Of a DNA stretch of 64,000 nucleotides, positions 1-10,697 are shown piece by piece; position 1 is the first letter of the stretch, and every line of letters starts with the position of its first letter. The notes beneath the pieces were generated by a model. The model ran no database searches, was not told where the DNA came from, and saw only the letters and a program-made list of their open reading frames with translations. Source of the stretch: Spirochaetota bacterium (GTDB taxonomy: Bacteria > Spirochaetota > UBA12135 > COTS27 > CBDBHE01); assembly GCA_965205605.1 (NCBI GenBank), contig CBDBHE010000008.1, positions 40,695-104,694 on the forward strand, in the 5' to 3' direction. A program made the translations under genes and the position numbers.

Positions 1-148
1 TTATTTTTTTTTTATCAATATCAAAGGCAACGTAAACAGCATTAATACGATCTTTTTTAAAAGCTTCATTAAAAATAAGAGGTGATTTTGAATGCTTTAT
101 AGGACATCCTACAACCCCATATAAACTAGTGTGTGCATCAATTTTCAT
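1..148 (-). CDS. aroE: Shikimate dehydrogenase (AroE-like), N-terminal fragment; gene runs off the window edge
   Basis: Hand translation from ATG at 148 (minus) gives MKIDAHTSLYGVVGCPIKHSKSPLIFNEAFKKDRINAVYVAFDIDKKK..., matching the AroE N-terminal substrate-binding motif (G-x-P-I-x-HSKSP). Frame stays open to position 1. Not in the supplied ORF track because it is truncated. Confidence 0.5.
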   Translation of the reverse strand, partial: MKIDAHTSLYGVVGCPIKHSKSPLIFNEAFKKDRINAVYVAFDIDKKKI

Positions 149-1052
149 AGAGGTTTTTTAGACTGAAAATCATTTCTGAAAAAAAATTAGGTATTGGTAA
201 ATTAAAAGACATCATCTTTTTTGCTACAGGATGTTTGAAAGAAAGGCATTTTGAAAACAAATACAACTGATCTCCTTTTTTATAATAACGACTATAAAGA
301 GCATCTCCAACAATAGGATGATTAATATGAGAAAAATGAACTCTAATTTGGTGAGTTCTTCCTGTAGAAGGGGTTACTTTAATTTGGGTAAAACCATCAA
401 AATATTTAACAACTTCATAATAAGTAATTGCTTCTTTCCCATCTTTCTTCACCGTTCTTTTTAAAGGATTTTTAAGACTCACTCCAATAGGAAAGTCAAG
501 TATTCCTTTTCCTTTATAGTGATTACCTTTTAAAAGAGCTAGATATTCTTTTTTTACGATTCGTTTTTTAAATTGTAAAATAAGATCATAAGCTACTTTC
601 TTATTTTTTGCCATCACCATCAGTCCAGACGTTTCTTTATCCAAACGATGGACAATTCCTTCCCTAAGATTATTTTCTAAATTAAAAAGATAATTTTTTC
701 TATTAATGAGACAATTAAAAAGAGTTTCTTTTTCTAAAAAAGAAGTCGGGTGTGTTTTTATTTTAGCAGGTTTATTAACAACCCAAATAACATCATCTTC
801 ATAAATTGTTTTTATTTTAAGCTCTTCAGCATTATTTTTAAAGCAACAAAAAGGCCTAGCTTTCTCTAATAAAAGCAAAATCTCATCTCCTTTTTTAACT
901 TTATATGTAGGTTTAATTTTTTTTTCATTAACATATAAATGACATGTTTCTTTTTTCAAACTAGATTTAGAAAAAATGACTTTTTTAATATTCAAAAGAT
1001 AATCATCAATTCTAATAGGTAAAGAATGCTGACAAGTAAACTGATGCCGCAT
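138..1052 (-). CDS. rluD: 23S rRNA pseudouridine synthase, RluA family with N-terminal S4-like domain (RluD-like)
   Basis: 304-aa ORF with HRLDKETSGLMVMAKN catalytic-Asp motif and an S4-like N-terminus (IRIDDYLL...). Overlaps aroE start by 11 nt. Confidence 0.8.
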   Translation of the reverse strand: MRHQFTCQHSLPIRIDDYLLNIKKVIFSKSSLKKETCHLYVNEKKIKPTYKVKKGDEILLLLEKARPFCCFKNNAEELKIKTIYEDDVIWVVNKPAKIKTHPTSFLEKETLFNCLINRKNYLFNLENNLREGIVHRLDKETSGLMVMAKNKKVAYDLILQFKKRIVKKEYLALLKGNHYKGKGILDFPIGVSLKNPLKRTVKKDGKEAITYYEVVKYFDGFTQIKVTPSTGRTHQIRVHFSHINHPIVGDALYSRYYKKGDQLYLFSKCLSFKHPVAKKMMSFNLPIPNFFSEMIFSLKNLYEN

Positions 1053-1589
1053 TTAAAAAGATGATTGATAAAAGCTCATATCATAGCGATAACGATACTG
1101 ATCTTTAGAATTTAGATAAGTAGATAATTCAGATTTAAAAAGTTTTTCAATAGGATAGTTAAAAGAAATCACCCCCGACCACAAAATAGGATTAATCCAA
1201 ATAAAAAGGTTACTAGGAATAAAAAAATTATTAATCGTCCCTGTCGGTCTCAGACCAACAGACCCTGTCGGTCTATAACCATTTAAAATAATGGTTATAT
1301 CAATTATATTTAAGAAAATATTATTTAAAAAATTTGTATATAAAATAGTAAAAGGAAGTGAAATAAAAAAAATGATCTCACTTTTTCTAAAAAAATCAAT
1401 CGATTCTTTTTGGGTATTTTCTTCTAAATAAAGATTTGGGACTGAAGAGATGGCTGGTTCATTAAGAGACAACTTAAATAAAAGAGAAGAATCTTGTATA
1501 AAAAAATCTTTATGATCGTAAGCAAAAAGATTTAAATGAACCCAAAGAAAAAAAAAGGTTAAAAAGAACTTAGTTAAAATATTTCTCAT
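1053..1589 (-). CDS. Hypothetical membrane or secreted protein
   Basis: 178-aa ORF with hydrophobic N-terminus and internal hydrophobic segments; no recognisable catalytic motif. Contains the GC-rich duplicated 12-mer (encodes RPTGSVGLRPTG). Overlaps the MTA phosphorylase 3' end by 20 nt. Confidence 0.5.
   Translation of the reverse strand: MRNILTKFFLTFFFLWVHLNLFAYDHKDFFIQDSSLLFKLSLNEPAISSVPNLYLEENTQKESIDFFRKSEIIFFISLPFTILYTNFLNNIFLNIIDITIILNGYRPTGSVGLRPTGTINNFFIPSNLFIWINPILWSGVISFNYPIEKLFKSELSTYLNSKDQYRYRYDMSFYQSSF
1239..1274. repeat. GC-rich element: 12-bp direct repeat ccctgtcggtct x2 separated by 12 bp, with internal inverted-repeat symmetry
   Basis: Read directly: ccctgtcggtct at 1239-1250 and 1263-1274; ctgtcggtct (1241-1250) is the near-reverse-complement of agaccaacag (1253-1262), 9 of 10 positions. 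Confidence 0.55.
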
Positions 1590-2433
1590 ACAAAGGTCCT
1601 AGTCTTTCTTTGATTTCTTTTGAAATAAGTGACTTATCAGTAACAATTGCATTGCTAGCGGCATGCATGTGTTCACAATCTGGTAATTCATTTAAAGCTG
1701 TAACCATTGGAACGATTAAAGACTTAACAGTATTGGTATTTTTGATCATATGTTTCATAACGTGTTCGACAGAGACGGTCTTTTCATCTTCTTTCCAGCA
1801 ATCGTAATCAGTTGTCATGGCCAAGAGAGCGTAACACATTTCTGCTTCACGAGCCAATTTTGCTTCAGGAATAGCCGTCATCCCAATGACAGACGCTCCC
1901 CAAGAACGATAAAGATTACTTTCTGCAATGGTTGAAAAAGCAGGCCCTTCCATACAAACATAAGTGCCTTCTTTATAAACAGGGTATTTATTATTCTTTA
2001 AAACTGTATAAATTGCCTTTCTTATTTTCTCACAAAAAGGCTCCGAAAAAGAAACATGACCAACAATTCCTTTTTCAAAAAAAGTAGAAACCCTTGATTT
2101 GGTACGATCGATAACTTGATCAGGCAACACAAAGTCTTCAGGGTGAATATTTTCTTTCAAACTCCCAATAGATGAAATCGAAAGTACTTTTTTAACACTA
2201 AGCTTCTTAAGAGCAAAAATATTAGCTCGATAAGGGATTTCAGATGCGGTTAAAGCATGCCCTTTTCCATGGCGAGTTAAAAAAGCAACATTGACACCTT
2301 CAATCTCAAAGCATTTAATACTACTTGAAGGTTTTCCATAAGGAGTCTCTAAGTTAATTTCTTCTAATAGCTTTATCTCTTCAAAGTCATAAATACCACT
2401 GCCACCAATAATGGCAATATCGATATTTTTCAA
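1570..2433 (-). CDS. mtnP: 5'-methylthioadenosine / purine nucleoside phosphorylase
   Basis: 287-aa ORF; N-terminal IAIIGGSGIYDF and overall PNP/MTAP family architecture. Confidence 0.8.
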   Translation of the reverse strand: MKNIDIAIIGGSGIYDFEEIKLLEEINLETPYGKPSSSIKCFEIEGVNVAFLTRHGKGHALTASEIPYRANIFALKKLSVKKVLSISSIGSLKENIHPEDFVLPDQVIDRTKSRVSTFFEKGIVGHVSFSEPFCEKIRKAIYTVLKNNKYPVYKEGTYVCMEGPAFSTIAESNLYRSWGASVIGMTAIPEAKLAREAEMCYALLAMTTDYDCWKEDEKTVSVEHVMKHMIKNTNTVKSLIVPMVTALNELPDCEHMHAASNAIVTDKSLISKEIKERLGPLYEKYFN

Positions 2434-2583
2434 ACTAATATCTCCGTTTTCAAATAGCTTTTTTAACCGTTGCTAATTGTAACATTAAGTCAAAAAAAGA
2501 AGCAATATAAAAATAAAACAACCATTGCAAATCATTAACAGTTGATTTTCTTAATAAATGATAATATTTTTGTTGTATTGCTA

Positions 2584-3795
2584 ATGAGCACTAGGAAAAA
2601 AAAAATTATTTTAGCTTATTCTGGAGGGCTTGATACTTCAGTAATTGCAAGGTGGCTTGCTGAAAAAGACTTCGAAGTCATTTGCTTTGTTGCTAATATA
2701 GGTCAAAAAGAAAGCTTTTCTCAACTCAAAAAAAAAGCATTGTTTTCAGGAGCAAGTCAATTTATTCTTTCTGATTTAAGAGAAGAACTCATTAAAAATT
2801 ATGCCTTTTTAGCCATTCAATTTAATGCCAAATATGAAGGAAAATATCTTCTTGGGACCGCTTTGGCTAGACCTTTAATTGCAAAAGCTATGGTTGCCAT
2901 CGCCAAAAAAGAAAAAACAAATATTTTATCTCATGGTGCCACCGGAAAAGGTAATGATCAAGTCCGCTTTGAGCTTTCTGCTTATGCACTTGATGCTAAG
3001 ATTAAAATTATCGCTCCTTGGAGAGAAGAAGATTTTTTCTCTATTATCAAAGGAAGAGAAGATGCCATTGAGTATGCTAAAAAATATAAAATTCCCATTA
3101 AAGCCACCCCTAAAAAACCTTGGTCAAGTGATGAAAACTTACTTCATATTAGCTATGAAGCAGGTGTTTTAGAAGACCCTAATGCTCAAGCCCCAGAAGA
3201 GGTGTATGAATGGACACGTTCCCCTAAAAAAGCTCCTGATAAGTCAGAAACAATTCAACTCTCTTTTAACAAAGGAATCCCTTTCGCTATTAATCAAAAA
3301 AAACTAACTCCCATACAACTATTTGAAAATCTCAATAAAATAGGCAGCCTTCATGGCATTGGTCGCATTGATATCGTTGAAAGTCGTTTTATAGGAATGA
3401 AAAGTCGTGGGGTTTACGAAGCTCCTGCTGTAACCATCCTTCAAGAAGCTCACGAAGATTTAGAAAAACTTTGTGTCGACCGAGATGTGTTAATCTTAAA
3501 AGAGTCTCTCATGCCTAGATTTGCTCGCTTAGTTTATAATGGTCTTTGGTACACTCAAGAAATGAATTGTCTTCTTGCTCTTTTAGAAAAAACTCAAACT
3601 AACGTTACCGGTAGTGTCACTTTAGAGCTTTACAAAGGTAATGTTTTAATTCAAAAACGATCGTCTTCGACCTCACTTTATAATAAAAAAATTGCTTCTA
3701 TGGATTGGGATGGTGGAGCTTATGATCAAAAGCAAGCCAGTGGATTTATTAGCTTGCTCTCAATTCCTCTAAAAGCTCAAGCAAAACGAAAATAA
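2584..3795 (+). CDS. argG: Argininosuccinate synthase
   Basis: ILAYSGGLDTSVIARWL PP-loop motif. Start placed at internal Met (MSTRKKK) because the longest-ORF N-terminus looks like translated leader. Confidence 0.9.
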   Translation: MSTRKKKIILAYSGGLDTSVIARWLAEKDFEVICFVANIGQKESFSQLKKKALFSGASQFILSDLREELIKNYAFLAIQFNAKYEGKYLLGTALARPLIAKAMVAIAKKEKTNILSHGATGKGNDQVRFELSAYALDAKIKIIAPWREEDFFSIIKGREDAIEYAKKYKIPIKATPKKPWSSDENLLHISYEAGVLEDPNAQAPEEVYEWTRSPKKAPDKSETIQLSFNKGIPFAINQKKLTPIQLFENLNKIGSLHGIGRIDIVESRFIGMKSRGVYEAPAVTILQEAHEDLEKLCVDRDVLILKESLMPRFARLVYNGLWYTQEMNCLLALLEKTQTNVTGSVTLELYKGNVLIQKRSSSTSLYNKKIASMDWDGGAYDQKQASGFISLLSIPLKAQAKRK

Positions 3796-4338
3796 TTACT
3801 TTTGAGCATTCTTTTCTCTTATCCTTTTATACCAAGAAACAAAAGAAAAAAGTAAAATAAAAAATAAGACTAAAAAAATACTCACTTTAAAAAATAAAGT
3901 GAGCGATTTTAAAGAAGCAATAAACACAATCCCAAAAAGTAAAAAAGTCCCCACTTCATTATAATAACGAAGCTTAAGACTACTCATCAAAATGATTTGT
4001 TTTGCTAATTTTCTTTTAATCACTCCACAAAAAAAATGATAACTAAAAAGTAATAGCAATAAAAAACTTTTTAAATGAAACCAAGATTGATGATAAGCAT
4101 TTACTAAAATTAAAAGTCCCACTCCCGAAAATAACACCCCAAACATCGATGGAATTGTAATTATTTTCCAAAGACGATCTTCCATTAAAAGATACTGCGA
4201 ACACAAAATATTTTTTTTAGGTTCTTTTTCTTTAAAAGCTTCTGTATGATAAATAAACAGCCTCACTAAATAAAATAAGCCAGAAAACCAAGTAACAATA
4301 AAAATAAAATGAAGTGATTTGAAAATAAGATAAGTCAT
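3796..4338 (-). CDS. hemJ: HemJ-family protoporphyrinogen IX oxidase (UPF0093, CopD-like membrane protein)
   Basis: 180-aa polytopic membrane ORF; N-terminal motif SLHFIFIVTWFSGLFYLVRLFIYHTEA matches the HemJ signature as I recall it. Confidence 0.65.
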   Translation of the reverse strand: MTYLIFKSLHFIFIVTWFSGLFYLVRLFIYHTEAFKEKEPKKNILCSQYLLMEDRLWKIITIPSMFGVLFSGVGLLILVNAYHQSWFHLKSFLLLLLFSYHFFCGVIKRKLAKQIILMSSLKLRYYNEVGTFLLFGIVFIASLKSLTLFFKVSIFLVLFFILLFSFVSWYKRIREKNAQK

Positions 4339-4356
4339 AAAAATAAAGACAATGTT

Positions 4357-5550
4357 TTAAAGTAAATGTCCCATTTTTTCTTTTTTTGTTTTGAGATAAT
4401 TTTCATTATATCTTGTTGATTGCATAATAATAGGAATTCGTTTTTTAATGGTAAGCCCATAGCCTTCCAACCCAATAATTTTTTTAGGATTATTCGTTAA
4501 AATAGAAAGTGTAGAGAGACCCAAATCTTTTAAAATACTCGCCCCTACGCCATAATCCCTTAAATCTGTTTTATATCCCAAATGTTTATTAGCTTCTACT
4601 GTATCAAGGCCTTTTTCTTCTTGAAGTTTGTAGACTTTTAATTTATTTTCAAACCCAATTCCTCTACCTTCCTGACGAAGGTATACAACCACTCCAGCAC
4701 CTTCTTTACAAATCATTTCAAAAGACGTGTGCAGTTGATCTCCACAATCACATTTTAAAGATCCCAAAACATCTCCTGTGAAACATTCAGAATGCATTCG
4801 TACTAAAACATTTTTTTTTTTAACAATATCTCCATAAACAAGAGCAATATGTGTGTAATTATCTGTATAACTTTTATAAGCAATTACTTTAAGATCCCCA
4901 TAAATCGTTGGAATCATCGCTTCACTCCTTCTTTTAACAATGGTTTCATTTTGTAATCGATAAGCAATCAAATCAGCAATTTTAATAATACCAATTTTAT
5001 GTTTTTTTGAAAAATCTTCTAAATCAGGGAATCTAGCCATTTCTCCATTTTCTTTAATAATTTCACAAATAACCCCAGAAGGATGAAGCTGTGCTAATTT
5101 TGCTAAATCAACAGCTGCTTCTGTATGACCGGCTCTTCTAAGAACTCCTCCTTTTTCAGCTTGTAAAGGAAAAATATGCCCTGGCTTTCTAAAGTCATTT
5201 TTTCCCTTATTTTTATCACATAAATATTCAATCGTTAAAGCTCTCTCTTTTGCAGAAATTCCCGTCGTTACTTCTTTAGCATCAACGGAAATAGAAAACT
5301 TTGTAGTGTGTTTTTCTTCATTTTTATTCGTCATTTGAGGAAGATCCAACTCTAATAATCGCTCTTTTTCTAATGGAACACATACAAGCCCTTTACAATG
5401 GGTGATCATGAAATTAATAATTCCTGCTGAAATTTTTTGAGAAGCAACAATAATATCCCCTTCATTTTCTCTATTTTCATCATCAACAACAATCAACATC
5501 TTTCCTTGTTTAATGTCTTCTATGGCTTTTTTAATAGGAATAATACTCAT
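4357..5550 (-). CDS. ribBA: Bifunctional 3,4-dihydroxy-2-butanone-4-phosphate synthase / GTP cyclohydrolase II
   Basis: N-terminal DHBP synthase region (VVDDENRENEGD) and C-terminal GTP cyclohydrolase II zinc motif (CFTGDVLGSLKCDCGDQL). Confidence 0.9.
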   Translation of the reverse strand: MSIIPIKKAIEDIKQGKMLIVVDDENRENEGDIIVASQKISAGIINFMITHCKGLVCVPLEKERLLELDLPQMTNKNEEKHTTKFSISVDAKEVTTGISAKERALTIEYLCDKNKGKNDFRKPGHIFPLQAEKGGVLRRAGHTEAAVDLAKLAQLHPSGVICEIIKENGEMARFPDLEDFSKKHKIGIIKIADLIAYRLQNETIVKRRSEAMIPTIYGDLKVIAYKSYTDNYTHIALVYGDIVKKKNVLVRMHSECFTGDVLGSLKCDCGDQLHTSFEMICKEGAGVVVYLRQEGRGIGFENKLKVYKLQEEKGLDTVEANKHLGYKTDLRDYGVGASILKDLGLSTLSILTNNPKKIIGLEGYGLTIKKRIPIIMQSTRYNENYLKTKKEKMGHLL

Positions 5551-5816
5551 TTTTTTACTTTAAAGAGAATGCTTTAATAAGCAAATAATCCTTTTTTAAA
5601 AAATTCCAAACTTAATTTCATCTCTTTTTATCAAAAAATTCAAAATAATTTTTAACCACTAATCCCTTCAAGTTCATTATTCTACTCTTGACTTTACTTT
5701 TTAAATTAAAAAAAGAAATAAAAAAACCTACAATAATTAAAAAGCTATTTATAATATATTTTATAAAGTATTTATTTATTTTGCATAATGGGTTTTTTAT
5801 ATTTTTTTTAATTAAC

Positions 5817-6959
5817 TTATGGCATTTTATCAAGTTGAAAAGAAAACCAAGCCTTAACATCTGTTTTATAAGGATTAGTAATAACAGGGTCTAATAAAGT
5901 TTCATAATAAACCAATTTATGATTACTCTCTCCTATTAAAAAAACATCTTTCTTCGTTTTTGAAAAAAATTGCGGTACCCCTATTGCTGCATGGTGATAG
6001 TTAAAAGAAAGTAAAATCTCCGAATCCACTTTCAAGTGTCTCAAAAGAATGTGTAATAACAACGATTTTGTATCACAATCTCCTTTTTTTTCTAAAATAC
6101 AATTTAAAGGAGTTTTAATAATTTCCTTACCGTTTAGTATTTCTGTTTTCATATTCCTAATGACAAGGTAAATATAATTAAACAAAGTAAACGTCTTTTC
6201 TTTTGGATAAAGATCTTTTAATTCCTTAACTAAAAAGCCTACCGATTCATAAGAGCTCCTAAAAATCATTCGATAAAAACGCTTAAGAGCATTATAATTA
6301 ACATCAGGGTAAGTTAAAATAATTTCGGTTTCTCGTTTGACAACAGCTTCCATTAAAGCAATATCTTGATAATTAAAAAAAACTTCAAATGTATGTAATT
6401 CAAAAGAAACTTTTTTTTTATCTACCATTTTTTTTCTTCTTGAAACTGGAAATGCTAAATAACTAAAAGGACCTGGTTTTAAATAAGTTTCTTCATTAAT
6501 TGAAAAAGAATCAAATAATGAAGCAATAAACAACTTGTTATTTGTAAAATCTTTATCGTTACAAAGAGATATCATTAAAACAGGATGTGAGTTTTTTTTA
6601 AAAAAACAAAATAATTGGGCTTTAACAAGCTCATTATCAATTACCAATTGACCATCAATAAAGTAAGATTGATAGGAAAAATAATTTATTTCCTCACCGA
6701 TTCCTTTCAGCTTTAGTTGTTTTTTGGTAAAATCGACAAATTGCTTCAAGCTAGAAAATCGATTGTTTTGATAAGTAATGATTTGAAAAGTAATGCCTTT
6801 TTTTGCATTAATCCATTGAATCATCTTAGGAGCTTTTTGATCATCTATTTTAAAATTAGAATGAATATCCACTAGCCATTTTGCTTGTGAATTTCTATAA
6901 ACCAAAGCTTGTAAATTTAGAAATAAAAAGAAGAATAAAAGAAAAAATTTAATTAACAT
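5817..6959 (-). CDS. Hypothetical secreted protein, possible transglutaminase-like cysteine-peptidase fold
   Basis: 380-aa ORF with signal-peptide-like N-terminus; C-terminal segment GDCDTKSLLLHILLRHLKVD...YHHAAIGV resembles a transglutaminase-like Cys/His core. Weak inference. Confidence 0.45.
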   Translation of the reverse strand: MLIKFFLLFFFLFLNLQALVYRNSQAKWLVDIHSNFKIDDQKAPKMIQWINAKKGITFQIITYQNNRFSSLKQFVDFTKKQLKLKGIGEEINYFSYQSYFIDGQLVIDNELVKAQLFCFFKKNSHPVLMISLCNDKDFTNNKLFIASLFDSFSINEETYLKPGPFSYLAFPVSRRKKMVDKKKVSFELHTFEVFFNYQDIALMEAVVKRETEIILTYPDVNYNALKRFYRMIFRSSYESVGFLVKELKDLYPKEKTFTLFNYIYLVIRNMKTEILNGKEIIKTPLNCILEKKGDCDTKSLLLHILLRHLKVDSEILLSFNYHHAAIGVPQFFSKTKKDVFLIGESNHKLVYYETLLDPVITNPYKTDVKAWFSFQLDKMP

Positions 6960-7086
6960 TTTGAAAGATATTTTTTATTCTTCGGAAGAAATTAGATATA
7001 AAAAAGTAATAAATAAGTTGAATTTTAAATCCCCCTATAATAAAATAAAGTTTTTCCAAGTAAAAAAACCAATACTTATATTTTGA

Positions 7087-8106
<1,020 letters not shown>

Positions 8107-8109
8107 TAT

Positions 8110-9726
8110 TTGTCTTCATTTTTAAAAAATTTTTTTAAAGTTTCTTTTTTCACCATCCTTTCTAGAGTCACAGGTTTCATAAGAACCATTTTTTTTGCTT
8201 ATTATTTCGGGGCAAGTGCTCTTTTTGATGCGTTTGTTATTGCTTTCAAACTACCCAATTTATTTAGAAGACTTTTTTCAGAGGGGGCGATTAATTCTGC
8301 TATTATCCCTATTTTAAGTGGATTAGACAAAAACAAAGGAAAAAAATCTAAAAAAATAATTATTTTTCGTCACATTTTCACTTTTTATTTAATCGCTCTT
8401 AGTTTATTGATTATTTTAGTGATTTTATTGGCCCCTTATATCACCCAATTATTTTACTTATTAAAAACTCATTCATCTTCTCCACTTAAAGAAACAACAT
8501 TATTTTTACAAATTATGTTTCCTTATCTTTTATTTGTGTCTCTAGCTGCTCTTTGTCAAAGTGTTTTAAATACTCATCATATTTTTTCTATTTCAGCTGC
8601 AATGCCCGTTGTGTTCAATTTAATGATTATTGCTGTTTGTCTTTTTTTTCCTTTCCTAAATCTAACACTTTTTGAAAAAATGATTCTTATTTCTATTTCA
8701 ACTCTTTTTGGAGGCCTCTTTCAGTTTATACTCCAAGTCCCTTCTGTTTTACGGCTTGGGTATTCTTTTAAAACAGACCTTTTTTTTTTAAAAAACCCTC
8801 ATTTTAAAAAATTCATTTTACTGATGGCACCTATATTATTTTCTTCTGGAATTTATCAAATCAACGTGATTTTAATCGACCCTATTGCAATTTCTTTAGG
8901 AGAAGGCGCTGTTTCTATCCTTCACTATTCTAATCGTCTTTTAGAGCTCCCTCTTGGAATCATCGGCGTTTCTCTTGGCACAGTCGGACTCCCTCTTCTT
9001 TCAAAATATGGAACAAAAAAAAATTTTAAAAAAGTAAGTGAAATACTTCTTAACATCCTCTTATTTCTTATCACCATTATTATGCCAATTTTTACTCTGA
9101 CACTGCTTTATAGAGAAAAAATCATTTCCCTACTACTTGAAGGGGGTACCTTTGGCTTTAAAGAAATACAACTAACCGCTAATTGTTTGTTTTTTCATAT
9201 GTTAGCTTTTCCCTTCATTGCCATCAATCGTATTTTTATGATTGCTTTTTTTTCATTAAAAAATACAAAATTTCCTTTAAAAATTGCCTTTGTTTCTATT
9301 TTTGTTAATTTAGCAAGTTGTCTACTTTTAACAAAAATACTTGATTTCTTTGTTGAAGGTATTGCAATAGCAAGCTTTTTAACAGGATTGGTTAGTTCTT
9401 TATTGCTTTTAATAGGTATTAAAAAAGAAATAAAATACTTTCGACTTAAAGCGTTATTTAAAAAAATCTATCAAACAACACTTGCTTGTTTTTTAACATT
9501 AAGTTTTATTTTATTAATTAGTAAAATCAATCTTTATCATTATTTTTCAAAAATGCTTACAGAGTTCCCTCTAGTAAAACAATCTTTTATAAAAAAAATT
9601 TCTCTCTTTACAGAATTATCATTCAATTCTATATTATTTATAAGCACGTATATATTGATATTATTTCTTTTGAGGGATCAAGAAATAAAAATGTTTTTCA
9701 AAAAATTTAATAAAAAAAATAGCTAG
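8110..9726 (+). CDS. murJ: Lipid II flippase MurJ/MviN
   Basis: N-terminal SRVTGFIRTIFFAYYFGASALFDAFVIAFKLPNLFRRLFSEGAINSAIIP is the characteristic MurJ N-terminus; polytopic 538 aa. Apparent TTG start 3 nt after the ilvC stop. Confidence 0.85.
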   Translation: MSSFLKNFFKVSFFTILSRVTGFIRTIFFAYYFGASALFDAFVIAFKLPNLFRRLFSEGAINSAIIPILSGLDKNKGKKSKKIIIFRHIFTFYLIALSLLIILVILLAPYITQLFYLLKTHSSSPLKETTLFLQIMFPYLLFVSLAALCQSVLNTHHIFSISAAMPVVFNLMIIAVCLFFPFLNLTLFEKMILISISTLFGGLFQFILQVPSVLRLGYSFKTDLFFLKNPHFKKFILLMAPILFSSGIYQINVILIDPIAISLGEGAVSILHYSNRLLELPLGIIGVSLGTVGLPLLSKYGTKKNFKKVSEILLNILLFLITIIMPIFTLTLLYREKIISLLLEGGTFGFKEIQLTANCLFFHMLAFPFIAINRIFMIAFFSLKNTKFPLKIAFVSIFVNLASCLLLTKILDFFVEGIAIASFLTGLVSSLLLLIGIKKEIKYFRLKALFKKIYQTTLACFLTLSFILLISKINLYHYFSKMLTEFPLVKQSFIKKISLFTELSFNSILFISTYILILFLLRDQEIKMFFKKFNKKNS

Positions 9727-9773
9727 CTTAATAATAAATCACTTTGATTGCATGATATTCCCATTGATTAAAA

Positions 9774-10697
9774 ATGAAAAAAAGTAACCTAAAACATTCT
9801 TTTATTTTTATTTATTTATTAATATTATTTTTATCTTTAAATAGTTGCACAAGTCTAATTAAAAGCCTTGTAGTTGAACAAACAATCCCTTTAATTAATT
9901 CTGTGCAAAAAGCTTTTTTTTTAGAAAATGACATTCAAGCAGCAAAAATATCTCTTCCAGCGACAATTAAATTAGCAGAAGGATTTTATCATTACTACCC
10001 ACATTCTCCTTATTATTCTGGGAAACTTTGTTTTTTATACGCTGCCTATACTTTTGGATTTGTTGACAACTCTCCTTACGACGATTTAGAAGAAGACTAT
10101 GATAAAAAAACAACCAAAGTTGACCATTACTATCAAAAAGCTTTTTTTTACGGTAAAACAAGTTTAGAAAAACAGATTCCAAATTTTTTTTCTTTTCTTC
10201 AAGACAGTAAAAAAAGAAAAATTATTCTTAAAAAAATCAAAAAAAAACATATTGAAACTCTTTTTTGGTTTAATTTTTCATGGGCGATGATTATTTTTAA
10301 TGACTTGTCAAATCCTAAAAAAATCATTCAACTAGAAATTGTAAAAGATATTGCTAGTACCATTGAAAAGGTTTACCCAACCTATTTAAAAGGAATTAAT
10401 AAAAGTATTTTTATTGCTTATTATGGTGGCAGGACCGAGATTTTAGGAGGAGACTACAAAAAATGTGATGAATACTATAGACAAGCAAAAGAAATTGCTA
10501 ATAATAAGTCTATTATTGTAAATTATGTTTATTTAAGGTTTGCCGTCACTCAAAGGATTGATAAAAGTTTATTTGAAAAAATTTGTAAAGAAATTAACAA
10601 TTTCAAATTAAAACAAGAAGACGAAATATTGCTTTTAAATTCAATTATCAAAAAAAAAACTGAGCAATTAGCCCAAAAAAAATATTTGTTTTTTTAG
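9774..10697 (+). CDS. Hypothetical lipoprotein
   Basis: Signal peptide followed by a lipobox-like LSLNSC; 307 aa; no recognised domain. Confidence 0.5.
   Translation: MKKSNLKHSFIFIYLLILFLSLNSCTSLIKSLVVEQTIPLINSVQKAFFLENDIQAAKISLPATIKLAEGFYHYYPHSPYYSGKLCFLYAAYTFGFVDNSPYDDLEEDYDKKTTKVDHYYQKAFFYGKTSLEKQIPNFFSFLQDSKKRKIILKKIKKKHIETLFWFNFSWAMIIFNDLSNPKKIIQLEIVKDIASTIEKVYPTYLKGINKSIFIAYYGGRTEILGGDYKKCDEYYRQAKEIANNKSIIVNYVYLRFAVTQRIDKSLFEKICKEINNFKLKQEDEILLLNSIIKKKTEQLAQKKYLFF

Noticed and set aside
1610-1935. Plus-strand ORFs of 65 and 61 aa inside the MTA phosphorylase gene
   Set aside because: They lie antisense within a well-supported enzyme gene and have low-complexity translations with no motifs.
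5551-5894. ORFs of 80 aa (minus) and 68 aa (plus) in the spacer upstream of ribBA, and a possible FMN riboswitch there
   Set aside because: Translations are Ile/Lys/Phe-rich low-complexity as expected from AT-rich noncoding DNA. The spacer shows none of the GC-rich conserved FMN-element blocks.
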